A DNA stretch of 14,611 nucleotides from positions 1-14,611 of the forward strand of contig JBBKWS010000140.1 of NCBI GenBank assembly GCA_037969075.1. The letters are read 5' to 3'. The position numbers were made by a program, and so were the translations under genes. The DNA comes from Bdellovibrionales bacterium (GTDB lineage: Bacteria; Bdellovibrionota; Bdellovibrionia; Bdellovibrionales; UBA840). The notes under the pieces were generated by a model. That model made no database searches, was not told where the DNA came from, and was given only the letters and a program-made list of their open reading frames with translations. Below are positions 6,928-14,611 of this stretch, piece after piece (positions within the stretch are counted from its first letter, which is position 1; every line of letters starts with the position of its first letter).

Positions 6928-9540
6928 TTAGTTACTAAATAACAATCGGCAGCTAGCTCCGCGATTAGCCTCATTTTCAACTTGTTGTGGGTGAGGCTTT
7001 CCATCTTCGCCGCGTACAAGTAAAAGGCGATTCATCGCTTGTGTTCTTGCTTCTGATTCAACTCTTTGTGCCTCAGCCTTTTCCATAGATCCACTGATTG
7101 CCTTGATAGTGCCATCTACCGCTCTATATAGACCGGGTGCTGTTTCGAAAGCAATTTGCTTAAGGCTTCTTTCGGCTCTACTTGCCGGATGCTCTGATTG
7201 TATTAAAAGCTCTGCTCGAATTAATTTAGAAACCTCTTCGGTGGTCCTTCTGTTTTCCTCAACTTCAATTAAAGCATTATTCACTGTGCGGTAAAAGCGG
7301 TAGCCAGTGTACATCAAATTTTTACCTATCCATTTCGATAGATCGATTGCAACATCTAAAAATACTTTTGGGTAATACCCTAAGACTTGTGAGTAAGGAA
7401 TTCCCTGCCACCTTACATTTTCCCACTGCTGTCTTGCTTCTTCTACCTTCTCAAATTGCTGCTGAGTTGTAGGATGATCTGGGCCTAGTTTTTGTTTTAA
7501 TTGGTCATATGCTTCCATTTGGTTTTGCACTTTTCTAAATTTTAAATACGGCGAAAATAAACGCATAGAGGTCCAATAATCTTTGGCATCTTGAAGAGTT
7601 CTAGCTTGTCTTTTAGACTCTGGATGTTCGGCTCCGAATTGTTTTACTAATTTCTCTAAGTACTTTTCATGGGCCCTTAAAGCTCTAAACTTACCATATG
7701 GACCTAAAACAGCATAAGCAATGTGCCCTATCGGAATAGGTACACCAAACATATCCATGGTATAACCAAATCTAGAGGTTAGGCCTACGGGAGTCGTTAT
7801 GTTTTGTACTGACTGAGATTCAAAACTCTTTCTTGAAACATCAGAGGTCCAAGACTCTATGGTTATCCATGGTATTTTGATTTTAATATCTTTAAAGTTC
7901 AATGTGGGGGCTTCGAGCGCCAGCAGCTCCGGTAAATTTCGTAGCACTTCGGGGTTAGTGGTGTCTAACCCAGCTGGGGTAGGGAGCTTGATTTTTCTAT
8001 CAATTACTTCAAATGAAAACAATGGAAATTCTTTTGATGGTAGTCTAAGCTTTGGGTATCTAAAAACAACTTTTCCTTGGGCCTCACCATTGTAAAAACG
8101 CATCCTGGCTTCTTCTTGTAATCCTGTTTTTGCATCAGATTTTAAACCTTGGTTAATACCGGCATCGGCATGCATTTTTGCGGCATTTGCATCCCACTGA
8201 CCATTTTTAAAAGGATTTAAATTGGCGTCAGACATTAAAAACATTGAATAAGTCTGAGTAAAACCTGGGAGTAAGTTTTTAGCAAAAGTTCTAAAATCAG
8301 TGGCTTTACCAGTGAATCTAGACCAAGTTTTACTAAGTACTCCAAAGAATAATGAGAAGCCAAAAGAGTTTTTAACCACGGTAGAAATATCTAGGCCCTC
8401 AGGAAGCATACTTTGGAATAAATAAGTTGTTGCAAATGTCATTAAAGATAATTTTGTGGCCCAGTATAGGCCATTAAAATAATCGCCGGTTAATAAAACC
8501 TTTAGTTTGCCTAAGCCTTTATTGTTTTTCCAAACGTCTTTGTTATATTCTGGAGTTTCCCAAATATGCTGCCAATACATAACCCAGCGAGCGTAGGTGT
8601 TTTTAAAAACACCCTTTACACTGTTACTAAGTGAACCTTGGTTTCTAAATATTTTCGGCTTTTGAATTACTTCTGAATCCAAGATTTGTTGTTTGGATGA
8701 ACTATACCCAACAAGCATTACATCCCAACCATTTTTTAAATTTTGTTCAGTTTCAATTTGTGCTGTTACATCCGCTGCTTTTTTCATAATGTTAGTAAAC
8801 CAGCTTTTAGACTCTAGCTTTTCAGCTGATTCTGTCATGATCTCATTGATTTTATCTTGCATACCTTCTGGTATACTAGGCTTGTCTTGCCCTGGTTGAT
8901 AAAATAATTCAGAACTCCATTCTTGCATAATCATTCTAGCGGCAAGTACTCGTAGGTATTTTGATAGAGCTCGCCTTTCTTTAAGTTCTTCAGCGTAAGC
9001 TTCAGGGGATAAATTGCTGTTAGGGGCTTGTTCGATAATGTCTAATTTGGCTTGGTCCAGATCTACAAAAAAGAAAATACGCTTTAGGCCGTTATGACGA
9101 ACCTTAGTAAATAGCATGGCTTTATCGTTGTGGGTAAATAGTAGGGGCTCCGCTTTTCCTAGTCCGTCTACTTCAAATTGTACACTATCAGAGTTTTGTC
9201 GCTTCTCGATTTTTTTGATTAATTCCTCTAGGCCAATTTTTTCTTCTTCTTTTTTTACATGGTCGAAGTGATTGTATAATAAAAACATGATCTCATTCAT
9301 GTACTGAGTAGGAAGATCCATGAATTTACGAGTTAAGCGTTTATCTTCTTCAGTGAATTCACTAACATCTTTTGGAGGTTGTTCAGGTGAAGAGTTTGAG
9401 AATATATCAGGGTTAATAATTCCGCTGGCTGTTTGTGTTACAGCCGACCCGTCAGCCGCAGCAAGCGAAGTGATTGGCTTAGTTAGTAGTAAACTAACTA
9501 AAACAAGTAACGACCGAATCAGTGCATGATAAAATTTCAA
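6928..9540 (-). CDS. Large hypothetical secreted/membrane protein (870 aa)
   Basis: Long uninterrupted ORF with TTG start and SD GGGAG. N-terminal signal peptide, central hydrophobic segments and a tandem 50-aa repeat. No family recognised. Confidence 0.85.
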   Translation of the reverse strand: MKFYHALIRSLLVLVSLLLTKPITSLAAADGSAVTQTASGIINPDIFSNSSPEQPPKDVSEFTEEDKRLTRKFMDLPTQYMNEIMFLLYNHFDHVKKEEEKIGLEELIKKIEKRQNSDSVQFEVDGLGKAEPLLFTHNDKAMLFTKVRHNGLKRIFFFVDLDQAKLDIIEQAPNSNLSPEAYAEELKERRALSKYLRVLAARMIMQEWSSELFYQPGQDKPSIPEGMQDKINEIMTESAEKLESKSWFTNIMKKAADVTAQIETEQNLKNGWDVMLVGYSSSKQQILDSEVIQKPKIFRNQGSLSNSVKGVFKNTYARWVMYWQHIWETPEYNKDVWKNNKGLGKLKVLLTGDYFNGLYWATKLSLMTFATTYLFQSMLPEGLDISTVVKNSFGFSLFFGVLSKTWSRFTGKATDFRTFAKNLLPGFTQTYSMFLMSDANLNPFKNGQWDANAAKMHADAGINQGLKSDAKTGLQEEARMRFYNGEAQGKVVFRYPKLRLPSKEFPLFSFEVIDRKIKLPTPAGLDTTNPEVLRNLPELLALEAPTLNFKDIKIKIPWITIESWTSDVSRKSFESQSVQNITTPVGLTSRFGYTMDMFGVPIPIGHIAYAVLGPYGKFRALRAHEKYLEKLVKQFGAEHPESKRQARTLQDAKDYWTSMRLFSPYLKFRKVQNQMEAYDQLKQKLGPDHPTTQQQFEKVEEARQQWENVRWQGIPYSQVLGYYPKVFLDVAIDLSKWIGKNLMYTGYRFYRTVNNALIEVEENRRTTEEVSKLIRAELLIQSEHPASRAERSLKQIAFETAPGLYRAVDGTIKAISGSMEKAEAQRVESEARTQAMNRLLLVRGEDGKPHPQQVENEANRGASCRLLFSN
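7402..7701 (-). repeat. Two tandem 50-aa protein-level repeats within the 870-aa ORF
   Basis: PYGKFR...KLVKQFGAEHPESKRQ...DAKDYWTSMR versus PYLKFR...QLKQKLGPDHPTTQQQ...EARQQWENVR, with exact 150-nt period. Confidence 0.85.
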
Positions 9541-9726
9541 ACAACTTCTCCCAATCCTAAGCTTAGATTTTTAAATAAGCTTATTATCCCTAATTCCCAA
9601 CATCTGCATTATAAGGGGTAGCAAGGGCTTTCTCAATAGAGGGTGAAGGCTAGGGCAAAGATTACGTGTTTGAAAAGATTTTAGACAGTATAATTAATGA
9701 CTTAGGCGAGTTTTGCTAACTAAACC

Positions 9727-10251
9727 CTAACGAAGATCATGGGTGGTATAATCAGCCCTGTTCCACCAATAGGCAGTGCCTGTTGGATCTGTGGGCAGAT
9801 ACTTGTCAGTGGCGCCAGAAAAGACGATAGAGTTTGTCATGGTTTCGTCGATTTTAACGGATTTACAGTTGAGGCCCAGATTGTCCACTTTTAAAAAAGC
9901 CTCTAGTTTTGCCTTAAATAAGACTGTTAAAATCTCGGTGGTAGGGTCACCTGGAGTGATTAAAAGCCTACCTTCTGGATTGTCTTTTCTAATGAAGCCA
10001 ATCATGGGGTCTTTGGCATTTAACTTAAAACTGTGGTCTACATGTTCATCAATCCACTCGTGCCATTTTTTCTTAGCTGTTTCAAAGGTGACTAGCATAT
10101 TGGTGTCGGCGGTTAGGGCAGGTGTTTCTTTAAAAAGAACGACTTCAATATTCCAGGTGTGGCCATGAGGTTGGGCGCACTTAGACTGCCTATTTGCATC
10201 TTCTACAAATCTGTGTGCGGCCTCCCATTTACGACGAAAAATGATTTCCAT
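9727..10251 (-). CDS. queD: 6-carboxytetrahydropterin synthase / 6-pyruvoyl-tetrahydropterin synthase family
   Basis: AAHR, CAQPHGHTW (CxxxHGH), DH, PTTE and ET motifs. Start 10251 preferred because the longer GTG start lies inside a terminator. Confidence 0.85.
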   Translation of the reverse strand: MEIIFRRKWEAAHRFVEDANRQSKCAQPHGHTWNIEVVLFKETPALTADTNMLVTFETAKKKWHEWIDEHVDHSFKLNAKDPMIGFIRKDNPEGRLLITPGDPTTEILTVLFKAKLEAFLKVDNLGLNCKSVKIDETMTNSIVFSGATDKYLPTDPTGTAYWWNRADYTTHDLR

Positions 10252-10257
10252 GAGAAA

Positions 10258-10286
10258 GGTGTAGCTTGTGCTAATTTTAGAGTCAA
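10258..10286 (-). promoter_or_regulatory. Sigma70-type promoter candidate for queD
   Basis: TTGACT, 17 nt, TACACC, 6 nt, ATG. The -10 is imperfect and there is no SD. Confidence 0.45.
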
Positions 10287-10295
10287 GTTTGCCAT

Positions 10296-10325
10296 AAAAA
10301 AAGCCCACGTATTAGGTGGGCTTTT
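10296..10325 (-). terminator. Rho-independent terminator of the S8 protease gene
   Basis: AAAAGCCCAC-N7-GTGGGCTTTT inverted repeat with a 7-U tract on the minus strand, 30 nt past the stop. Confidence 0.9.
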
Positions 10326-10355
10326 AAACTTAGTACGTAAAATGTACTAGTTGAA

Positions 10356-11846
10356 TTATTTAGAACAAAATGGAAGGTCTGGCATAATACCGCAAAGTAA
10401 TTCACAGATAGTTGGATCGCCCAATGGACATTCTCCACCACCGCCACCAGAGCTAGCATTTGCTACAACGTAATCTAATGAAGTTACTGCAGTACCAGCA
10501 GCATCTTTTACAGAGATTTGAGTTGTACCTTCTGCAGCAGCTGTTACTAAACCGTCAGCACTGATAGTTGCAACACTTGCATTCGAAGAAGTAAATGTAA
10601 ATGGAGCTTTACCGTTTTTAACACTAACTTGTAGAGTTTCTTGTGGCTTGATCGCAGTAGCTGTAGGAACTAAAAACATTTTTTCAGCTTTTAGATTTGT
10701 TACAGCAGCAGCAGCATCAATACGGCAATTACATGCAGTTTCGATATCAACTTTTGCACCAGAAGATTGTAAAATCGCTCTGATTTCAGCTCCTGTCATA
10801 TCTGGATATTGTGATTTAATTAAAGCAACAATACCTGCAACAAGTGGAGTAGCCATAGAAGTTCCAGAAATCTTACCGTACTTGTTACCTGGGAAAGTAG
10901 ACAAAATGTCTAAACCAGGTGACGCGATATGAACTGATTTCTTACCAAAATTTGACCATGATGGTTTTGCATCATTAATGTCAGAAGCGGCAACAGAAAT
11001 CATATTCGGAAACCCACCGTTAGCTGGGTAGAATTCAGTTGTATCGTTGTTAGTACCATTGTTTGCAGCGGCAGCTACAAAAATAACTCCAGCTTTATCA
11101 GCTCTTTCTACAGCATCAACAAGTGGTTGCGCCTGTGAGCGACCAATTTTTGCACCCCAGCTAGCTGAAATGATGACAGCTTTCTTTTCGATGGCGTAAT
11201 CAATAGCTTTAATACCAGCCATTAAATCACCGCTACCATCAGCACCTAAAAAGCGTAGTGGCATGATGCTTACATTTGGACTTGCTCCAACTGTACCGTT
11301 ATCCACTAAACCGTTAGCGCCGATTGAACCAGCACAATGTGTCCCGTGACCTGGGTTTTGTGAACCAGTTTCATCCATTGGATCATTGTCGTTACCTTTG
11401 AAATCGTAACCTGGAACCATGTTCGTAGATAAAGATTCGTGGCGATAATCAACACCAGTGTCAATAACGGCAAGTAAAACGCTCTTAGAGCCGCGTCCTG
11501 CTACTTCCCATGCTTTACCCATATTTACTTTCGTATTCGCCCACTGCTCTTGTAGGTTCGCAAGGCTTCCGAAGTCAAAAGGGGCTTCGTAAGCATGCAA
11601 CTTAATATTTTCTACTACGTACTCAACATTTGAATCTTGGTAGATCTCAGCTAAAATAGCTGCTTCTGTTCCTTCTGCAATATCAACTAAAACTAGATTC
11701 CCTACGTTGTGAGTCTCTAAAGCTTTAACGCCTGCAATCTGCGATACGCTTTTTAGGTTGATGTTTTTTTGTTTGATTATGTACTCAGCGGCATTCACTT
11801 GCACGCTTGCTAATAGGACAAATAATAGTGATGTTATTTTCATCAT
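10356..11846 (-). CDS. Secreted S8 subtilisin-like serine protease with Ig-like (Big_2) domain and Cys-rich tail
   Basis: Catalytic triad VIDTG / HGTHCAG / GTSMATP, signal peptide and propeptide. FTSSNASVATISADGLVTA...GTTQISV is Big_2-like. Start 11846 (or 11843) after SD AGGGAGG. Confidence 0.95.
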   Translation of the reverse strand: MMKITSLLFVLLASVQVNAAEYIIKQKNINLKSVSQIAGVKALETHNVGNLVLVDIAEGTEAAILAEIYQDSNVEYVVENIKLHAYEAPFDFGSLANLQEQWANTKVNMGKAWEVAGRGSKSVLLAVIDTGVDYRHESLSTNMVPGYDFKGNDNDPMDETGSQNPGHGTHCAGSIGANGLVDNGTVGASPNVSIMPLRFLGADGSGDLMAGIKAIDYAIEKKAVIISASWGAKIGRSQAQPLVDAVERADKAGVIFVAAAANNGTNNDTTEFYPANGGFPNMISVAASDINDAKPSWSNFGKKSVHIASPGLDILSTFPGNKYGKISGTSMATPLVAGIVALIKSQYPDMTGAEIRAILQSSGAKVDIETACNCRIDAAAAVTNLKAEKMFLVPTATAIKPQETLQVSVKNGKAPFTFTSSNASVATISADGLVTAAAEGTTQISVKDAAGTAVTSLDYVVANASSGGGGGECPLGDPTICELLCGIMPDLPFCSK

Positions 11847-11958
11847 GGATTTCCCTCCCTGGTTATATTCCATGCTAAATATTAACGCAGCATTTTTGCG
11901 GGATGGGTAGCAAAAAAAATCTTTTGCTTTTTGTGTGTCGCACTGCTTTTATTTTTTT

Positions 11959-12549
11959 ATGAGTTTAAATGTTTCAAACATCAGTTTCTCTCCGGTGATT
12001 GTTTTACCCAAAGAATATGAAGTTTTTGATTTCACCAATGGATACGATCCAAATCGCAAGAACAAATATGCGCATGGTGTAGGCAAGTACAACGAAAAAA
12101 GACCTAATATGTATGTTAGCGACCTCTATAGTGAAGATCGCAATATTCATATGGGTGTAGACATAATGGCACCAGTCGGAACTTCGGTGCATGCTTTCTA
12201 TGAGGGTGAAGTATTTTTGTTTGCTAACAACGACAAAGATTTAGACTACGGTTATACAATCATCACAAAGCATGTGATCAACGAGCAAGTTTTTTATGCA
12301 TTGTTTGGACATCTAAGTAAGAAATCTATTTCATCTATATATATAGGACAAAAGTTTTCTGCCGGAGATATCATTGCCTATATTGGTGACAAACAAGAAA
12401 ATGGCGGGTGGAATCCACATCTGCATTTTCAGATATCAATCGTTGAGCCAAATATTTGTGATATGCCAGGTGTTGTTAGTGAAAAGGATTTAAAGGAAGC
12501 GTTGGTTACTTACCCTGATCCCAGAATTATTTTAGGTCCGATTTATTAA
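11959..12549 (+). CDS. M23 family metallopeptidase domain protein, no signal peptide
   Basis: HMGVD (HxxxD), YG, FYALFGHL and PHLHFQ (HxH). ATG 11959 preferred over GTG 11935. Confidence 0.9.
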   Translation: MSLNVSNISFSPVIVLPKEYEVFDFTNGYDPNRKNKYAHGVGKYNEKRPNMYVSDLYSEDRNIHMGVDIMAPVGTSVHAFYEGEVFLFANNDKDLDYGYTIITKHVINEQVFYALFGHLSKKSISSIYIGQKFSAGDIIAYIGDKQENGGWNPHLHFQISIVEPNICDMPGVVSEKDLKEALVTYPDPRIILGPIY

Positions 12550-12641
12550 CTCATAACTAATTAAAAACTCATGATAGCATCATCCGCATCTAGTAAATTA
12601 GTTTTGAAATGATTTAAGTAAAAAAATATTAAGGGGGATAT

Positions 12642-13520
12642 ATGATTTTCGTTTTTATGATTCTATCTCAAGTGAGTTACAGTCTTACATTTACTGCCGT
12701 GGGAGATACTGGAAAGGCAAATGAGGGGCAGTGGGAAGTTTCTAGAGCGCTAAAGCAAACGTGTGAGGCGAGAAACTGCAAATTTAATTTACTTTTAGGG
12801 GATAATTTCTATCAAGACGGTGTTAAGTCTGTAGATGACCCACAATTTTATGAAAAATTCGAAAAGCAGTACAGCGATATTAAAATGCCATTTTATGTTG
12901 CTCTTGGTAATCATGATTACGGGGACTTAGAGGATAAGTGGGAGCAGGGTGCTTTTGAAATTGCCTATTCAGCTAAAAATCCGCAGTGGATTTTACCTAA
13001 AGAATATTACTTTTTTGAAACAGATGGTGTCTTATTTATAGTTTTAGATACGGTTTTACTGAAACATAATAAGCAAGTTAAAGAGCAAGCGGCAATGGTA
13101 AAGACTGCGATAAATAACTCTAAAGCAGAGTGGATCATTGTTGTAGCTCATCATCCATACTTATCTAATGGCAGGCATGGTAATGCAGGAAACTATGAGG
13201 GCCTACCGTTTCCTTATAAGGTAAGTGGTAAATACATTAAAGATTTTTTTGATAAAAATTTATGTGGAAAAATGGACATACTGTTTTCGGGGCATGATCA
13301 TAATAAACAGATATTGCCAGGGACTAAAAAGTGCAAAGCCACATTTGTGGTTAGTGGAGCGGGAGCGAGCGCTACACCTTTAAAAGAAAGAAATCCATTT
13401 TTTGCTCAGTCTGAAGAACTTGGTTTTATTTTAGCACATGTTGAAAATAAAAAAATATCACTAGAAGTAATTAATAGCTTGGGTAATACTACTCATGCCC
13501 ATGTCGTTAAAAAAGACTAA
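12642..13520 (+). CDS. Calcineurin-like metallophosphoesterase, purple/tartrate-resistant acid phosphatase type
   Basis: GDTG, GDNFY, GNHD, AHHP and GHDH metal-ligand motifs. Short hydrophobic N-terminus. Confidence 0.92.
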   Translation: MIFVFMILSQVSYSLTFTAVGDTGKANEGQWEVSRALKQTCEARNCKFNLLLGDNFYQDGVKSVDDPQFYEKFEKQYSDIKMPFYVALGNHDYGDLEDKWEQGAFEIAYSAKNPQWILPKEYYFFETDGVLFIVLDTVLLKHNKQVKEQAAMVKTAINNSKAEWIIVVAHHPYLSNGRHGNAGNYEGLPFPYKVSGKYIKDFFDKNLCGKMDILFSGHDHNKQILPGTKKCKATFVVSGAGASATPLKERNPFFAQSEELGFILAHVENKKISLEVINSLGNTTHAHVVKKD

Positions 13521-14448
13521 AGTTGTTTTTTTAGATGCATCTACTGTAGGAGATATTGATTTATCTCCTATTTCATCTATTGTAGAAGACTTTATAGCTT
13601 ATGACAGAACAAAACTTGATGATATTGTCGATCGCTGCCTTGGGTACCCCATAGTTGTTACCAATAAAGTTCCTTTATCAAGAGATGATTTGGCAAACTT
13701 GCCTGACTTACAATTAATATGTGTGGCAGCCACGGGTGTAAATCATATTGATATGGCCGCGTGTGATGAGATGAAAATCAAAGTTAAAAATGTTGTGGGC
13801 TATTCGACAGATTCGGTAGCGCAATTTACATTTAATTTGTTATTACAAAGTTTGCACTCAAATATTTATTATGATGAGTATACAAAAAGTGGAGATTGGT
13901 CAGCATCGCCCATATTTACCAATTTAAAATTTCCATTTTTTGAACTAAAAGGAAAAACGTGGGGCATCATTGGCTTAGGTAAGATTGGCCAAAGAGTTGC
14001 CGAGATCGCAAAAGCTTTTGGTTGTCATGTTGTCTACACCTCTACTACGGGTAAAAATAATAATGATAATTGGGAGCGAGTGGATTTAAAAAAAATGATG
14101 GAAGTTTCTGACATCATATCGATTCATTGTAATTTAACAGCTGAGACGGAAGCCTTGATAAACTGGGACTTACTAAAACAAACAAAGAAAAAGCCAATCT
14201 TGATCAATGTTGCAAGAGGTCCGATCGTTATCGAAGAAGATATTTGCCAAGCTCTCAAAGAGGGATTTATTCGAAATTATGCCACTGACGTATTGTTTTT
14301 TGAGCCGCCGCAAAGGCAACATGTGTTTTTTACAGACAATGATATTAAAGATAAAATTTTTGTAAGCCCACATATAGCGTGGTCATCAATTGAAGCCCGC
14401 CGCAGGTTGGTAGAGGGTATAAGAAAAAATATCTTGGAATTCGGTTAA
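13495..14448 (+). CDS. D-2-hydroxyacid dehydrogenase (glycerate dehydrogenase/hydroxypyruvate reductase-like)
   Basis: ATGVN, GLGKIG (Rossmann), INVARG, DV...EP and SPHIAW motifs. Start 13495 or 13501. Confidence 0.93.
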   Translation: MPMSLKKTKVVFLDASTVGDIDLSPISSIVEDFIAYDRTKLDDIVDRCLGYPIVVTNKVPLSRDDLANLPDLQLICVAATGVNHIDMAACDEMKIKVKNVVGYSTDSVAQFTFNLLLQSLHSNIYYDEYTKSGDWSASPIFTNLKFPFFELKGKTWGIIGLGKIGQRVAEIAKAFGCHVVYTSTTGKNNNDNWERVDLKKMMEVSDIISIHCNLTAETEALINWDLLKQTKKKPILINVARGPIVIEEDICQALKEGFIRNYATDVLFFEPPQRQHVFFTDNDIKDKIFVSPHIAWSSIEARRRLVEGIRKNILEFG

Positions 14449-14611
14449 TGAGTCTGATTGTTTTTTTAATAGCACTTTCATTTGCGAATGATCCAGTTAC
14501 TCAAGAAAAAGATCAAAATTCAGCAGAGGCTGTCTCGCAAATAGATAAAAAAAAGCCACCAAGGCTTCCAAAATATGAATTTGGTGTAGGATACATATTT
14601 GGTGATATTCA
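14448..14611 (+). CDS. 5' part of a secreted, probably outer-membrane protein (possibly MipA/OmpV-like), truncated by window
   Basis: TAATG stop/start overlap. Open frame MSLIVFLIALSFANDPVTQEKDQNSAEAVSQIDKKKPPRLPKYEFGVGYIFGDI. PKYEFGVG resembles a first beta-strand, but the family call is tentative. Confidence 0.65.
   Translation, partial: MSLIVFLIALSFANDPVTQEKDQNSAEAVSQIDKKKPPRLPKYEFGVGYIFGDI

Noticed and set aside
9618..9637. Sigma54-like site upstream of the 870-aa gene (TTGAGAAAGCCCTTGCTA, minus)
   Set aside because: Lacks the invariant GG at -24.
10252..10355. preQ1 riboswitch upstream of queD
   Set aside because: No preQ1 consensus is visible. The hairpin is explained as the protease terminator, and the leader appears absent.
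5859..10932. Antisense ORFs 5859-6119, 7103-7294, 7859-8095, 8693-8899, 9320-9529, 9776-10168, 10159-10350 and 10648-10932
   Set aside because: Lie opposite well-supported genes and show no motifs.
3928..13520. Single 'scavenging island' comprising ComEC, Ppx-like, S8, M23 and phosphatase genes
   Set aside because: The genes are in mixed orientations and separate transcription units, so co-location alone does not support one system.
12004..14373. Minus-strand ORFs 12004-12192 and 14173-14373
   Set aside because: Short antisense shadows of the M23 and dehydrogenase genes.

Overview
AT-rich, gene-dense bacterial chromosomal window. Gene content suggests Bdellovibrionota (inference from a FliG-C-like orphan, a split ComEC and many secreted hydrolases). 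Left to right it holds: the 3' end of an unknown gene, a DUF1304 protein, an XRE regulator/membrane-protein/secreted-protein operon, a lipoprotein, a FliG-C-like protein, a Lys-tailed helical protein, a two-gene ComEC, a DUF4156-like lipoprotein, a probably exported Ppx/GppA-family protein, an 870-aa secreted orphan, QueD, an S8 protease, an M23 peptidase, a purple-acid-phosphatase-like enzyme, a D-2-hydroxyacid dehydrogenase and the start of a secreted protein. I found no RNA genes, CRISPR arrays, integrases or transposases. Four signals stand out. A 28-bp direct repeat encoding the terminal peptide HPYGYSCE* brackets a 1.86-kb four-gene block. Several genes have promoter geometry pointing to leaderless mRNAs. 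The Ppx/GppA homolog appears lipid-anchored. The 870-aa orphan contains a tandem 50-aa repeat. No complete novel system can be established from this window alone.
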